Shown piece after piece: positions 17,460 through 24,981 of a stretch of DNA of 34,479 nt. Source of the stretch: Eubacteriales bacterium (GTDB lineage: Bacteria; Bacillota; Clostridia; Oscillospirales; CAG-382); contig JAZUJV010000145.1 in NCBI GenBank assembly GCA_045642945.1, positions 1 to 34,479 of the forward strand, read 5' to 3'. Position 1 is the first letter of the stretch. The number at the start of each line of letters is the position of its first letter. Made by a program: the position numbers and the translations under genes. The notes under the pieces were generated by a model, which ran no database searches, was not told the origin of the DNA, and was given only the letters and a program-made list of their open reading frames with translations.

Positions 17460-19252
17460 AGGGAAAAGGATTGCTAATCGCGCTTATAGCCGTCGCGTTC
17501 GCCGTTTTGCTCGTCGCCGCCGTCGCGGCTTTCACGAACTCGGGCGCCGACATCTCCGAGGATCCGGAAAGCGAAAGCTCCGGCGCGAACGTTACCGTGG
17601 CGACCAAAGAGGATATAAACGACCGACATATCAGGGACAATCAGTTTCTTTATGAAGGCGACGATCCTTTCGACGTCGTTACGATGTATCTCACCGTCAG
17701 CTACGGAAACGCCACCGACGGAACGAATCACACGTGGGAAGAGATAAACAAATATTCGACGTATTATTACGAAGACCTCGGCATCGAAAGATATAAAGTC
17801 GCCGGACTTTTACAGGTCGGCGACGAAAACGGCCCGACTTCGGGCTCGCTCGGATACGGAAGGACCATTCCGAACGCCACCGTGCAGATACGCGGGCAGA
17901 CCTCCTCGCTAAACCCCCAGAAAAACTATAAAATAAAAATTCTCGACGGAAACGGCGATTGGAACGGCCAGAAGACCATCGCGCTCAACAAACACATGAC
18001 CGACGGGCTCCGCTTCCGCAACAAGCTTAGCTTCGACCTTATGTCAGAGATCCCCGAGATAACCTCGCTTCGCACCCAGTTCGTCCACCTTTACGTCCGC
18101 GACACGACGGGCGACAACCCCGACGAGTTCGTCGATTACGGACTTTATACCCAGATAGAACAGCTTAACCAAACCGCGCTCAGAGCGCACGGCTTCGATA
18201 AAAACGCGCATCTTTATAAGATAAACTTCTTCGAATTTCTGCAATACGACGCCATCAGAACAGTCGACGACCCGGAATACGACGAAAAGGAATTCAACAC
18301 CTACCTCGAAACGAAGGGCAATTCCGACCACAGCAAGCTTATCCGGATGATCGACGCCGTCAACGATTATTCTATCCCGAGCGACGAATTGCTCGAAAAA
18401 TATTTCGATACCGAAAATATCGCCTACTGGATGGCGTTCACGATGCTCATCGGCAACTCCGACGTCCAGAGCAGGAATATGTATATTTATTCCCCGCTCA
18501 ACAGCGAAACGTGGTATATACTCCCGTGGGATTTCGACTGCGTCTATATGGACCTCGAAAACGAAATAGTGAAGCATTCCGACTTTAAGGATTGGCAGAA
18601 GGGCATCAGCAACTATTGGGGCAACGTACTTTTCAAGCGTGCGCTGATGTCGGAAAATTTCCGCGAAGAGCTTGACGCCGCCGTTACCGATCTTCTCGAA
18701 AATTATCTTTCGATCGAAAAAATCGCCGCGCTCTCGAAAAAATACGCCGAAACCGTAAAGCCCTACGCTTATACGATGCCGGATATCGCCAACGAACCGC
18801 TTACGAAGGACGCTTACGACGAAGTCCTCGAGCATCTCCCCTACGAGACGTGGGATAACTACGACAAATACCGTCTTACCCTCGAATCCCCGATGCCTTT
18901 CTTTAACTCCGTTCCCGAAAAAAGCGGAAATAATTACGTTTTCAGCTGGGGCAGCTCCTACGATATGCTCGGAGGCGACGTAAAATACCAGTTCATCCTC
19001 GCCCGCGACCCCGAATTCAAGGACGTTATCTTCAAAGAAGACGATGTCGCCATCCCGACGATAACGAAAGAGCTTACGCTTTCCCCCGGGCAATATTTCA
19101 TCCACACCCACGCGGTCAACTCCAAGGGGAACACGATGAACTGCTTCGACCAGTACAAAAACGAGTACGGCGCCATGTTCGGCGTGTTCTGCTTCTTCGT
19201 TGACGAAAACGGACAGTGTATTCCCTACGAAGACGTGGAGGGACGGCCGTAA
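17456..19252 (+). CDS. cotH: membrane-anchored CotH-family kinase-like protein with a C-terminal Ig/FN3-like domain
   Basis: 598 aa, with an ATGA overlap on the pelG stop. It has an N-terminal anchor (LLIALIAVAFAVLLVAAVAAF). The CotH-like core reads NKHMTDGLRFRNKLSFDLM ... LIGNSDVQSRNMYIYSP ... WYILPWDFDCVY. Confidence 0.8.
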   Translation: MKGKGLLIALIAVAFAVLLVAAVAAFTNSGADISEDPESESSGANVTVATKEDINDRHIRDNQFLYEGDDPFDVVTMYLTVSYGNATDGTNHTWEEINKYSTYYYEDLGIERYKVAGLLQVGDENGPTSGSLGYGRTIPNATVQIRGQTSSLNPQKNYKIKILDGNGDWNGQKTIALNKHMTDGLRFRNKLSFDLMSEIPEITSLRTQFVHLYVRDTTGDNPDEFVDYGLYTQIEQLNQTALRAHGFDKNAHLYKINFFEFLQYDAIRTVDDPEYDEKEFNTYLETKGNSDHSKLIRMIDAVNDYSIPSDELLEKYFDTENIAYWMAFTMLIGNSDVQSRNMYIYSPLNSETWYILPWDFDCVYMDLENEIVKHSDFKDWQKGISNYWGNVLFKRALMSENFREELDAAVTDLLENYLSIEKIAALSKKYAETVKPYAYTMPDIANEPLTKDAYDEVLEHLPYETWDNYDKYRLTLESPMPFFNSVPEKSGNNYVFSWGSSYDMLGGDVKYQFILARDPEFKDVIFKEDDVAIPTITKELTLSPGQYFIHTHAVNSKGNTMNCFDQYKNEYGAMFGVFCFFVDENGQCIPYEDVEGRP

Positions 19253-19253
19253 T

Positions 19254-20057
19254 ATGAAACCCCGTGAATCTGCCGAAAAATACCGCCACGAATTAAAATT
19301 CCTTATAAATCAAGGCGATTACGAGCTTATGCGCGCCCGTATGACGCCGGTTTTCAAGCCCGATAAAAATACGATAAACGGTCAGTATATGCTTCGGAGC
19401 CTGTATTTCGACGATTATCAGAACAGCGCCTACGAGCAAAAAGAAGACGGTATATTGGAAAGGAAAAAATACCGTATAAGGATTTATAATTACAGCGACG
19501 GCGTTATAAAGCTCGAAAGAAAGAAAAAATACGACGCGTATATATACAAAGAAAGCGCCGGTATAACGCGGGAGGAATTCGAAAAGATACTTCGCGGCGA
19601 CGTTGATTTTATGCTCGGCGACGAAAGAAAACTATTACGCGAATTCTACATCGAACACAAATGCAATTTCCTGCGCCCGAAGGTCATAGTCGACTACGAG
19701 CGCGAGCCCTATGTCATCGAATCCGGCGACGTCAGAGTTACCTTCGATATGAATCTGCGCGCGGCGGTCGGAAGCTTCGATATCTTCGACGAAAGTCTTC
19801 CCTGCCTTTCCTGCATCGACCCGGGCAAGCTCGTGCTCGAAGTAAAATTCACCGAGTTTCTGCCCGAAATAGCGCGCGAGCTGCTCCCGCCGAAGGCGCA
19901 GGAGTGGACCGCGCTGTCGAAATATGTTATATGCTGCGATAAAACCGCGTATCTGCGCAACGCTTCCTATTGGAACGACGACGGGCAGGGCGGCTCGGAT
20001 ATAAAAAAAGCGTTCCCGCCGAAAAGGTTCGGAACGCGTTACGAAAACCGAAAGTGA
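19254..20057 (+). CDS. VTC-domain (triphosphate-tunnel, polyphosphate-polymerase-like) protein
   Basis: The ATG lies 1 nt after the cotH stop; the track start at 19200 overlaps cotH and is less likely. Motifs YRHELKFLI, LRSLYFDD, RKKYRIRIYN, IKLERKKKY and LVLEVKF are as in bacterial VTC-domain proteins. Confidence 0.8.
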   Translation: MKPRESAEKYRHELKFLINQGDYELMRARMTPVFKPDKNTINGQYMLRSLYFDDYQNSAYEQKEDGILERKKYRIRIYNYSDGVIKLERKKKYDAYIYKESAGITREEFEKILRGDVDFMLGDERKLLREFYIEHKCNFLRPKVIVDYEREPYVIESGDVRVTFDMNLRAAVGSFDIFDESLPCLSCIDPGKLVLEVKFTEFLPEIARELLPPKAQEWTALSKYVICCDKTAYLRNASYWNDDGQGGSDIKKAFPPKRFGTRYENRK

Positions 20058-20067
20058 GGAAACATAA

Positions 20068-20739
20068 ATGAGTGTAAAGGATTTTATCAAATCGTCAATT
20101 CTTTCCCAGTTCCAGACGGGAAGCGTCGACTACGTCAATATAGCCGTCGCCATAGCCGCCGCGCTGCTGCTCGGGCTTTTCATCTATTTTATTTACAGCA
20201 AATTTTACGGCGGAGTCGTCTATTCGAGATCCTTCGCGATAACCCTCGTCGGGATGTCCGTTCTGACCTGTATGGTTACTCTCGCGATAAGCACGAACGT
20301 CGTTATATCTCTCGGTATGGTCGGCTCGCTTTCGATAATCCGCTACCGTACCGCGGTAAAAAGCCCGCTTGACCTTCTCTATATGTTCTGGGCGGTTACC
20401 GTCGGTATCACCGTCGGCGCGGGACTTTATTTCCTCGCGATAATCGTTTCGGTCGTGATGTTCGTTATAGTGCTCGTCTTCGCCGTCAAGCCCAAAACAG
20501 GATGCGTCTACGTCGCTGTGATACATTACGTCGGCGATACCGCCGAAGAGGAAGTCATGCGCGCCCTCGGCAGAGGAAAATACAGCGTCAAAAGCAAAAC
20601 GATGTATAAAGACCGCACCGAGCTTGCGGTAGAGATATTCTGCCGCTCGAAACAGCTCGCTTCTTATGAAAAACTCCGCGATATCGAAGGCGTCGAAGAC
20701 GTTACCTTCGTTCAGTATAACGGAGAATATAACGGCTGA
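20068..20739 (+). CDS. DUF4956-family polytopic membrane protein
   Basis: 223 aa with a GAGGAAA RBS. It has four or five TM segments and carries the motif SLSIIRYRTAVKSPLDLLYMFWAVTVGITVGAG. Confidence 0.8.
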   Translation: MSVKDFIKSSILSQFQTGSVDYVNIAVAIAAALLLGLFIYFIYSKFYGGVVYSRSFAITLVGMSVLTCMVTLAISTNVVISLGMVGSLSIIRYRTAVKSPLDLLYMFWAVTVGITVGAGLYFLAIIVSVVMFVIVLVFAVKPKTGCVYVAVIHYVGDTAEEEVMRALGRGKYSVKSKTMYKDRTELAVEIFCRSKQLASYEKLRDIEGVEDVTFVQYNGEYNG

Positions 20740-20744
20740 AAACT

Positions 20745-20852
20745 CGAAATTAACCCTTTGCGGGATTTTCGATATGCCCTGCGGGGCAAGAAAAAAATAC
20801 TTGAAATGCGCTTCGGCGCATTTCATATCGAATTTGTCTTAGGCAAATATCG
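20745..20852. repeat. family-1 hairpin-array repeat, copy b (inverted relative to copy a)
   Basis: The sequence is CCCTTTGCGGGATTTTCGATATGCCCTGCGGGGCAAG (20754-20790), then GAAATGCGC-TTCG-GCGCATTTC (20803-20824), then ATATCGAATTT-hairpin-AAATATCGAAA. It is colinear with the reverse complement of 7333-7441. Confidence 0.75.
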
Positions 20853-20890
20853 AAAAAAACCGACTGATTTTTCGTCAGTCGGCTTTTTCT
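20853..20890. terminator. bidirectional Rho-independent terminator between convergent operons
   Basis: CCGACTGA (20860-20867) pairs with TCAGTCGG (20875-20882). The stem is flanked by AAAAAAA upstream and CTTTTTC downstream. It lies between the DUF4956 stop (20739) and the DUF896 stop (20891). Confidence 0.75.
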
Positions 20891-21100
20891 TTATTGCTGT
20901 TTCTTCCCTATCTTATGCTTCTCCCCGTCGGGCGTCCGGACGTAGGTGTTATCCAGAATCCCTTTAAGCGAAGCGCGGAACGCGATCCTGTATTCTTCGC
21001 GTAACCTCGCCTGCTCCGCCTTTTCCTCGGCGGAAAGCCCGCTTTCGCGCTCCTTGGCGGCGAGCGCGTTTATTTTTTTAAGTCTTTCTTCCTGTGTCAT
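20891..21100 (-). CDS. DUF896 (UPF0291/YnzC-like) small protein
   Basis: The 69-aa sequence MTQEERLKKINALAAKERESGLSAEEKAEQARLREEYRIAFRASLKGIL has the characteristic helical-hairpin pattern of DUF896. It lies 16 nt downstream of the kinase gene. Confidence 0.8.
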   Translation of the reverse strand: MTQEERLKKINALAAKERESGLSAEEKAEQARLREEYRIAFRASLKGILDNTYVRTPDGEKHKIGKKQQ

Positions 21101-21116
21101 GTTTACGGCGCTCCGG

Positions 21117-24100
21117 TCATTTCTCGTTTTTAATGAATTTGCTCATGACTCCGAGCAATTCGTCGGGGTTTATCGGCTTGGGGATATGCGCGTCCATGCC
21201 GCTTTCAAGACTTTTCGTGATATCCTCGGCGAACGCGTTGGCGGAGACCGCGATTATCGGGGTATGATATTGCCCGTTTTCGAATTCGCGGATGTTTTTG
21301 GTCGATTCGTAACCGTCCATTATCGGCATCTGGATATCCATAAGTATAAAATCGTAATACCCGAACGGCTTTTCTTTATAAAGCTTATAGGCTATCTCGC
21401 CGTCGCCGGCGGCTTCTACCTTGACGCCGCGTTCTTCAAGCACTTCGCATGCGATCTCGCGGTTAAGCTCGTTATCCTCGGCGAGCAGCACGCGTTTTCC
21501 CGAAAAAACGACAGTCTCTTCGCTGTCCAAAGCCGATTCGTGCACCTGCGCGGCGATATCCTCTTCGCTTTGGAGCTTAAGCGGCAGCGTTACCTCGAAT
21601 TTCGTTCCGACGCCCTGCTTGCTCTCGACGTTTATTCTGCCGCCGAGCGCATCGGTAAGCCGTTTGACTATCGAAAGCCCGAGCCCCGTGCCCTGCTGAC
21701 CGCTGACGGTAGAGGTGTTTTCGCGCGCGAACTCCTCGAACATGTGCGCTAAAAATTCCTCGCTCATGCCGATTCCCGTGTCGGCAACGGAAATTCTGTA
21801 TTCCGCCGTTCCGCCCTCGGGAAGCGAGACCTGTTCGATGACCGCTTTGACTTTTCCGCCGTCGGGAGTATATTTCACCGCGTTCGAGACGATATTCGTG
21901 AAAATTCTCGAAACGTGGAAACCGTCGGTATAAACGTAATTATCCTTTATCCCGATAAATTTGCAATCGTAATCTATCGACTTCGTCATCGCGAGCGATT
22001 CGAGCATCGGGTTGACCCTGTGGAACATCTCGGTTACACAGACCGGCTCGTAAACGAGGTTGACCTTGCCCGATTCTATCCTGCTCATCTCGAGCACGTC
22101 GTTGATAAGGTCGAGCAGCTGTTCGCCCGAAAGCTCTATCTTCGAAAGACAGTCATCGACCTCCTTCGGCTCGTCTATATGCTTTCTGCCGATGCGCGTG
22201 AAACCGAGTATGGCGTTCATCGGCGTTCTTATATCGTGGGACATATTGAAAAGGAAAGTCGTCTTCGCGCTGCTTGCCTCTTCCGCTTTCGCGATAGCCT
22301 CTTCAAGCTCTTTTCTTATGCCGAGCTCCGTCTTTATCTCGCGGTCGATGTTGCGGAGCGCGGATATAACGCCGGTAACCTCGCCGTCGTCGCGAAGCGG
22401 GATAAGGCGCATCTGGTAATAAACGACGTCGTCGCCGTTTAACATACGGAAATCCGCCGTAACGCTTTCGCCGTTTTTAAACGCTTCGATAATGTTTTCG
22501 CGCGAAATGGTGTTTAAAAACGCTTCCTTGTCGTCGGGGTGTATGCTCTCCGCCATAAGACTGAGCCGCTTTGCGAAATGCTTTTCTTCAAGCGCTTCCG
22601 CCGAAACGAGCTCGGCGAACTCTTTCGCGACACTGCCGTGTAACGAGATAATGTCGTCGTTTTTATCCTCTTCGAAGTTTATGACGGCGATGCTGTCGTA
22701 TTCCGTCGAAAGCGCGGCGATATAGGAATTTTCGCGTTTTTCGGCTTCGACTATATCCGAAACGTCCTTGACGTTGGTATAAGCGATTATATCGCCCGAC
22801 ATCGCGCGCGTCATGGTTATCGTGCGGCGAAACCAAGCCTTTTTGCCCGAGAGCGTCTTCGCCTCGTAGTCAAAGGTTATCTCGCCCTTTCCGCTTTCGA
22901 AAGCGTTTATAAGAACTTCTCTGTCGGTTTTGTCTTTAAATTCGCCCGAGGATTCGCTGACGACGAATTTTTCGTTCCAGAGCTTTATGTATTTGTCGTA
23001 GCTGCAGGGCAGTTCTATCCCGAGAATATCTTTAAGCGAGGCTTCTTTGCCGTCTATATCTTTCCACGCGCCGTAGAAAAGCTCGTCTTTAGTCAAATTT
23101 GCCTCGAGCGATATCACCGCGTCGGAAAGCATCGCGCGTTTATAGCTCGAAAGCTGTTCGGAATTGGCGCGAAGCTCTTTTATATATTGCCGTTCTTTTT
23201 CTTCGGCTTTGTTCTTTGCTTTGCGCTCGCGGACCGTCGCGGCGGCGAAATAGCCGAGCACGGCGACGAGAAGCACCATCAGCACGACGCATATTGTCGC
23301 CATTCTGCGAAGCGGCGCGTAGACCGCGTCGGAATCGGCGAAAAGAATGACCTGCCATCCGTTTTCTATCGTGCGGGAGATAACTATATGGTTGTGTCCG
23401 ACGGCTTCGTATTCGAAGGGCTCATCGGTGGTCATCGCCTTTTTGAACGCGTCGGCGATTTTCAATTCGTCCCTGTCCGCGTCTTCGCCGAGATAGTTGA
23501 GTCCGAGCTCGCTTGCGTCCTTCGACGAAACTATCGTACCCGAACTGTCGATTATATAAGCAAGATGATAGTTGTCGTCGCTGACGTAATCGTGCGAATA
23601 ATCCGCCAGAGCCGCCAAACTTACGTCAAGCCCGAGCACGCTTTCGCCGTCGGATAAACGCTTCGTTACGCTTAAAACTATGTTGCCCGTGTCCATGTCG
23701 AGATAAGGCGAAGCCACGCCGACCTCGTCGCCCGCTTCGATAGCGGCGATATACCAAGGTCTTTCCTTCGGGTAATATTCGCCCCCGTCGGCGTAAGGGT
23801 CCCACCTGTTGCCGTCGAGATATTCCCCGCGGTAATAGCCGTAAAGACCGGTAAAGCTTTCGTCTATCTTCCCGATCTCGTTGTCGGTCTGGTATATAAG
23901 ATAATCCAATATTTCTTTGTTGTCCGCGCCGTTCCGAATTAAAAATTCCACGCTCGCGGCGGAGGAAGCGGCGACGTTTTTCGACCTCTGTAAGAACGCC
24001 GCGGTATTATCCGAAATGGCGTTTATCCTCTCTTCCGCGCTTTCGATAAGATTATCGCGCGTGTTGCCGTAAATCGAAAAGAAAGCGAAAAGCACCGCCG

Positions 24101-24188
24101 CGCAAAGCATTATAGCGAGCGCGAAGGCGACAAACATTACTATCGTGTTCTTTCTGCTGTTTTTTGTTTTTGCGGCTGACGGATCCAT
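21117..24188 (-). CDS. Cache/PAS hybrid sensor histidine kinase with one receiver domain
   Basis: The start is placed at MDPSAAK (ATG 24188), preceded by GGAGAA; the track start at 24245 lacks an RBS. Architecture: TM, dCache-like extracellular domain (PWYIAAIEAGDEVGVASPYLD), TM, PAS-like repeats. Kinase motifs are H-box FLFNMSHDIRTPMNAILGF, N-box NIVSNAVKYT, ADTGIGM and GTGLGLSIV. The REC domain reads LLAEDN...LMDIQMPIMDG...KP. Confidence 0.9.
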   Translation of the reverse strand: MDPSAAKTKNSRKNTIVMFVAFALAIMLCAAVLFAFFSIYGNTRDNLIESAEERINAISDNTAAFLQRSKNVAASSAASVEFLIRNGADNKEILDYLIYQTDNEIGKIDESFTGLYGYYRGEYLDGNRWDPYADGGEYYPKERPWYIAAIEAGDEVGVASPYLDMDTGNIVLSVTKRLSDGESVLGLDVSLAALADYSHDYVSDDNYHLAYIIDSSGTIVSSKDASELGLNYLGEDADRDELKIADAFKKAMTTDEPFEYEAVGHNHIVISRTIENGWQVILFADSDAVYAPLRRMATICVVLMVLLVAVLGYFAAATVRERKAKNKAEEKERQYIKELRANSEQLSSYKRAMLSDAVISLEANLTKDELFYGAWKDIDGKEASLKDILGIELPCSYDKYIKLWNEKFVVSESSGEFKDKTDREVLINAFESGKGEITFDYEAKTLSGKKAWFRRTITMTRAMSGDIIAYTNVKDVSDIVEAEKRENSYIAALSTEYDSIAVINFEEDKNDDIISLHGSVAKEFAELVSAEALEEKHFAKRLSLMAESIHPDDKEAFLNTISRENIIEAFKNGESVTADFRMLNGDDVVYYQMRLIPLRDDGEVTGVISALRNIDREIKTELGIRKELEEAIAKAEEASSAKTTFLFNMSHDIRTPMNAILGFTRIGRKHIDEPKEVDDCLSKIELSGEQLLDLINDVLEMSRIESGKVNLVYEPVCVTEMFHRVNPMLESLAMTKSIDYDCKFIGIKDNYVYTDGFHVSRIFTNIVSNAVKYTPDGGKVKAVIEQVSLPEGGTAEYRISVADTGIGMSEEFLAHMFEEFARENTSTVSGQQGTGLGLSIVKRLTDALGGRINVESKQGVGTKFEVTLPLKLQSEEDIAAQVHESALDSEETVVFSGKRVLLAEDNELNREIACEVLEERGVKVEAAGDGEIAYKLYKEKPFGYYDFILMDIQMPIMDGYESTKNIREFENGQYHTPIIAVSANAFAEDITKSLESGMDAHIPKPINPDELLGVMSKFIKNEK

Positions 24189-24271
24189 AATATTCTCCTG
24201 CCTGAGGCGAAAACGCCGAATGAAATTATATAAACGTTTTGACAAATTTTTACAATTTGTTCATTTACTGT

Positions 24272-24300
24272 ATTCTATTACACGCGCGCGCGTTTGTCAA
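24272..24300 (-). promoter_or_regulatory. sigma-70-type promoter for the Cache/PAS hybrid kinase
   Basis: On the minus strand: TTGACA (24300-24295), 17 nt of spacer, then TAGAAT (24277-24272). Confidence 0.5.
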
Positions 24301-24316
24301 TATATTCGCCGTAAGT

Positions 24317-24360
24317 AAAAGCCCGCGGACAAGGTTTTTTCCTTACCACGCGGGCAAAAA
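24317..24360 (-). terminator. Rho-independent terminator after the copA-cyclase transcription unit
   Basis: On the minus strand, GCCCGCG (24355-24349) pairs with CGCGGGC (24327-24321). An inner AAGG/CCTT stem is present, and TTTT follows. Confidence 0.6.
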
Positions 24361-24370
24361 TTTTGTATTT

Positions 24371-24961
24371 TTATAAATCCGTCAGTATCGCTCTGCACGG
24401 CGACCCGTCTGTTCCCGTTAAATTCAGCGGCGCGCAGTTAAGCATATACACCCCGTCGGGGACTTCCGAGAGCCGTATCCCTTCGAGAAGCACGACGTCT
24501 TTTTCCAAAAGGATAAGATGCGTTTTCATCGGCGCTTCCTTCGGGCCGACGGTCTGCGATTCGTTGCCGACAAGGTGGATTTCCGCTTCCGCGAAGACTC
24601 TCGCCGCGTTCTCGGTTACCGTCGCGTCGCCTTTTAATAAAATCTTTTTCCAAGCCGATTTATTTAACTTTTTCGCGTCGTCAAGAATTTTTTTCGCGTC
24701 GGCGAAACCGACGTTTCCGCTATGCGTTACGACGTAGGCGGGGCCGATGAATTTATCGAGACTTATGCCGTCCACCCCGTTTTTCTCCTCGAAAAAATGG
24801 TAAGGCGCGTCGATATGCGTTCCGTTGTGGACGCAAAGCGAAATCGCCGTAAGGTTATAGTTCGCCCCGCGGCTGATTCTGACGAGCTCCCGCTTTTCCG
24901 GCCTCGGATTCCCGGGAAAGACCTCACATTCAAAGAGCGGTTGTGAGATATCGTATATCAT
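24371..24961 (-). CDS. cyclase-family protein (kynurenine formamidase/arylformamidase-like metallohydrolase)
   Basis: 196 aa with the HNGTHIDAPYHF signature (HxGTHxDxPxH). A GAGGGAAG RBS lies in the 20-nt gap after the copA stop. Confidence 0.85.
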   Translation of the reverse strand: MIYDISQPLFECEVFPGNPRPEKRELVRISRGANYNLTAISLCVHNGTHIDAPYHFFEEKNGVDGISLDKFIGPAYVVTHSGNVGFADAKKILDDAKKLNKSAWKKILLKGDATVTENAARVFAEAEIHLVGNESQTVGPKEAPMKTHLILLEKDVVLLEGIRLSEVPDGVYMLNCAPLNLTGTDGSPCRAILTDL

Positions 24962-24981
24962 TTTTCTTCCCTCTCGGCGGT

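Noticed and set aside
18044-19111. 355-aa minus-strand ORF antisense to cotH
   Set aside because: Shadow ORF. The sense-strand CotH motifs are unambiguous, and the antisense product is low complexity.
19200-19253. Upstream start (19200) for the VTC-domain gene
   Set aside because: It would overlap the cotH 3' end by 53 nt. The ATG at 19254, 1 nt after the cotH stop, begins the conserved KYRHELKF region a few residues in.
20095-20826. 243-aa minus-strand ORF antisense to DUF4956 and running into the family-1 repeat
   Set aside because: Shadow ORF. It would have to start inside a hairpin-array repeat, and its composition is atypical.
20946-21752. 268-aa + strand ORF antisense to DUF896 and the 3' end of the Cache/PAS kinase (also 21915-22442 and 23187-23657)
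   Set aside because: It crosses the gap between two minus-strand genes with good motifs. No RBS. Shadow ORFs.
24189-24245. 19-aa N-terminal extension of the Cache/PAS kinase (track start 24245), and the 27-aa extension of the cysteine desulfurase (29359-29439)
   Set aside because: Neither upstream start has an RBS. The internal ATGs (24188 and 29440) are preceded by GGAGAA and ACGGAG and begin at the expected domain boundaries.
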